Shown here: piece after piece, positions 62,589 through 64,000 of the stretch
How the letters are laid out: every line of letters begins with the position of its first letter
Numbering within the stretch: the stretch's first letter is position 1
Assembly (NCBI GenBank): GCA_964640635.1
Contig: CAZXFD010000001.1
Location: 17,273 to 81,272 of the forward strand
Origin: an uncultured Gammaproteobacteria bacterium
Lineage (GTDB): Bacteria; Patescibacteriota; Patescibacteriia; UBA1558; S5-K13
DNA: 64,000 nucleotides
Direction of reading: 5' to 3'
Notes under the pieces: generated by a model
Seen by the model: the letters and a program-made list of their open reading frames with translations, nothing else
The model's database searches: none
What the model was told of the DNA's origin: nothing
Made by a program: the position numbers and the translations under genes

Positions 62589-62881
62589 TGCAAGAAGTAA
62601 AAGTTTTAGTAAAATTAAACGACAGCATAGAGGAAGCAAAACAAAAGCTTTCTAATTTTAAGTTTTTAGGCACCAACGAAACAGATGAGGGCGAGGAGTA
62701 TGCATATTCAACATATTTTTATAAAGTTATATTAAAAGATAAAAAAGATTTAGGTTTGTTCCTTGAAGTAGAAGCATTGGACTTAGATGAGGACTCTAAA
62801 GATAAAGATTATATATCAAAAGTAAAACATTTTATCAAAAAATTTATCAAAGCTATTGGCTTTGAATTTGAAGAAATATAA
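62588..62881 (+). CDS. Hypothetical protein
   Basis: 97 aa, acidic, no motif recognised; its start overlaps the preceding stop. Confidence 0.35.
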   Translation: MQEVKVLVKLNDSIEEAKQKLSNFKFLGTNETDEGEEYAYSTYFYKVILKDKKDLGLFLEVEALDLDEDSKDKDYISKVKHFIKKFIKAIGFEFEEI

Positions 62882-62920
62882 TTTATGCAAAATAATTTTA
62901 TATAAATTAAATATAAATAT

Positions 62921-63988
62921 ATGTTAGAAATACCAGGAAATGACATTGTTGATAATAAAAAAAATAAACAACAACAAGAACGAAAAAAGTTAGATAAACT
63001 TGAACTTGATGAAAGTGGTAACTATAGTAAACCCACAGAAGATCAAAAAGAAAAGTTTAGTACCGCATTAAGAGAATTGTCAGAAATTTTTGAGAATGCT
63101 AATTTTCCTTGGTATCTTGATGGGGCAATGAATATTTCAATTTATTTAGGTGATCAGATTAGACAACATAAGGATATAGATATAAGCATATTTAAAGAAG
63201 ATCTTGGTAAGCTAAATAATTTATTGAAAGGTAAGGGTTTTGGTGTTTTTATAATTTCTGAAGAAGGTAATAAACAAATGTTGAGACTGCTAGATGTGGA
63301 GGAGTTATTAAAATTAGCATCATATCACCTTTGTATCAAAAAAATAGATTCAAACGGTATTATTCAAGATCGTGAAGACAGCTTATTTAGTAATGTAGAT
63401 CTTCATGTGCACGACAGGGATGAAAATGGAAATACGATAATAAATTATAGTGGCTCTAAATTTTCTAAAGAGTATTTTAAGCAAATTCAGCACGAGCTTC
63501 CAAATAATAAGACAATAAACCTTTCTCATCCAGCCATCGTCTTCTATCATAAGCTATATGCATATGATAAGATAAATAGACCATACGATCTTTTGGATTT
63601 AGAAAAACTTGCGCCTAAGCTAGAGACAAAAGATTTTGAAATGTTGAGGGGTGTTGTGGAGTCTGAATTTGAAAAAAGAATAGATCAGATTAGGCAGGTA
63701 TTTGAAAGTCTTTGGCAATTTTTAACCCCAATTTTAGAGCTTAGCAAAGATGGTGCGACTATCAAACAAAAATTATTACAACACTCAGAAATAACAAAGA
63801 AAATAAATATTAAAGATCAAAAAACAATAGATTATGTAGATATAATTTCACAATATATTTCTGAAAATAGTAATATATCAAAAGAAGATTTTATTAATAA
63901 GTCACTTGAGATCACAAAACCACTTGAATGGCTTCAAGAAAGAATGAAGATTTTAATGGATTTAGAAAAGATAAAACTTAATGGATAG
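62921..63988 (+). CDS. Nucleotidyltransferase of the Lnu/ANT(2'')-like family (tentative)
   Basis: PWYLDGAMNISIYLGDQIRQHKDIDISIF matches the W-x-DGGWA-D-LG-TR-H-D-D pattern of lincosamide/aminoglycoside nucleotidyltransferases. Confidence 0.5.
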   Translation: MLEIPGNDIVDNKKNKQQQERKKLDKLELDESGNYSKPTEDQKEKFSTALRELSEIFENANFPWYLDGAMNISIYLGDQIRQHKDIDISIFKEDLGKLNNLLKGKGFGVFIISEEGNKQMLRLLDVEELLKLASYHLCIKKIDSNGIIQDREDSLFSNVDLHVHDRDENGNTIINYSGSKFSKEYFKQIQHELPNNKTINLSHPAIVFYHKLYAYDKINRPYDLLDLEKLAPKLETKDFEMLRGVVESEFEKRIDQIRQVFESLWQFLTPILELSKDGATIKQKLLQHSEITKKINIKDQKTIDYVDIISQYISENSNISKEDFINKSLEITKPLEWLQERMKILMDLEKIKLNG

Positions 63989-64000
63989 CTTTATGCAAAA

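Overview
This 64 kb window is AT-rich (roughly 30% GC by eye), gene-dense, almost entirely co-directional on the + strand and uses the standard genetic code. Gene content and style point to a small-genome, CPR/Patescibacteria-like bacterium.

Most of the window is core housekeeping. Recognisable genes are ybeY, ftsA, ftsZ and nrdR; a membrane-anchored ClpC-like AAA+ protein; glycyl- and methionyl-tRNA synthetases; an M16 peptidase; rsmI, tatD and rmuC; a membrane H+-pyrophosphatase; a UvrD-like helicase fused to a PD-(D/E)XK nuclease; a DciA/DUF721-like protein; pheS and pheT; gyrB; groES-groEL with a CIRCE operator; pyruvate kinase next to PEP synthase; a rhomboid protease; two Nudix hydrolases; an S66 LD-carboxypeptidase; an HD hydrolase; glmS; a GDSL hydrolase; and one tRNA-Ser(GGA).

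The parts not explained by housekeeping are:
- A 5'-truncated gene for a giant cysteine-rich, Ig-like surface protein, followed by two paralogous membrane proteins with thrombospondin type-3 Ca-binding repeats. One of them has a pseudopilin-like segment.
- A tandem pair of pilin-like membrane proteins that are nearly identical over the core at the DNA level but carry unrelated cysteine-rich C-terminal domains. The second copy begins with 13 residues copied from the neighbouring M16 peptidase, which looks like a duplication scar.
- A roughly 5.7 kb segment (about 47.0-52.7 kb) that is visibly GC-richer than the rest. It carries two uncharacterised coiled-coil proteins and an ABC importer whose substrate-binding protein is fused to an OmpA-like domain.
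- Two near-identical 127-bp, GC-rich, internally self-complementary direct repeats that exactly flank the GDSL hydrolase gene.
- Several short repeat and palindrome elements: a (CCAACTAA)x4 tract in the groEL leader, inverted 14-mers flanking glmS, and a 17-mer shared downstream of two genes.
- A run of three overlapping minus-strand ORFs that looks like a frameshifted gene.

No CRISPR array, rRNA, transposase or integrase was recognised. All functional calls are from motif recognition by eye; no searches were run.
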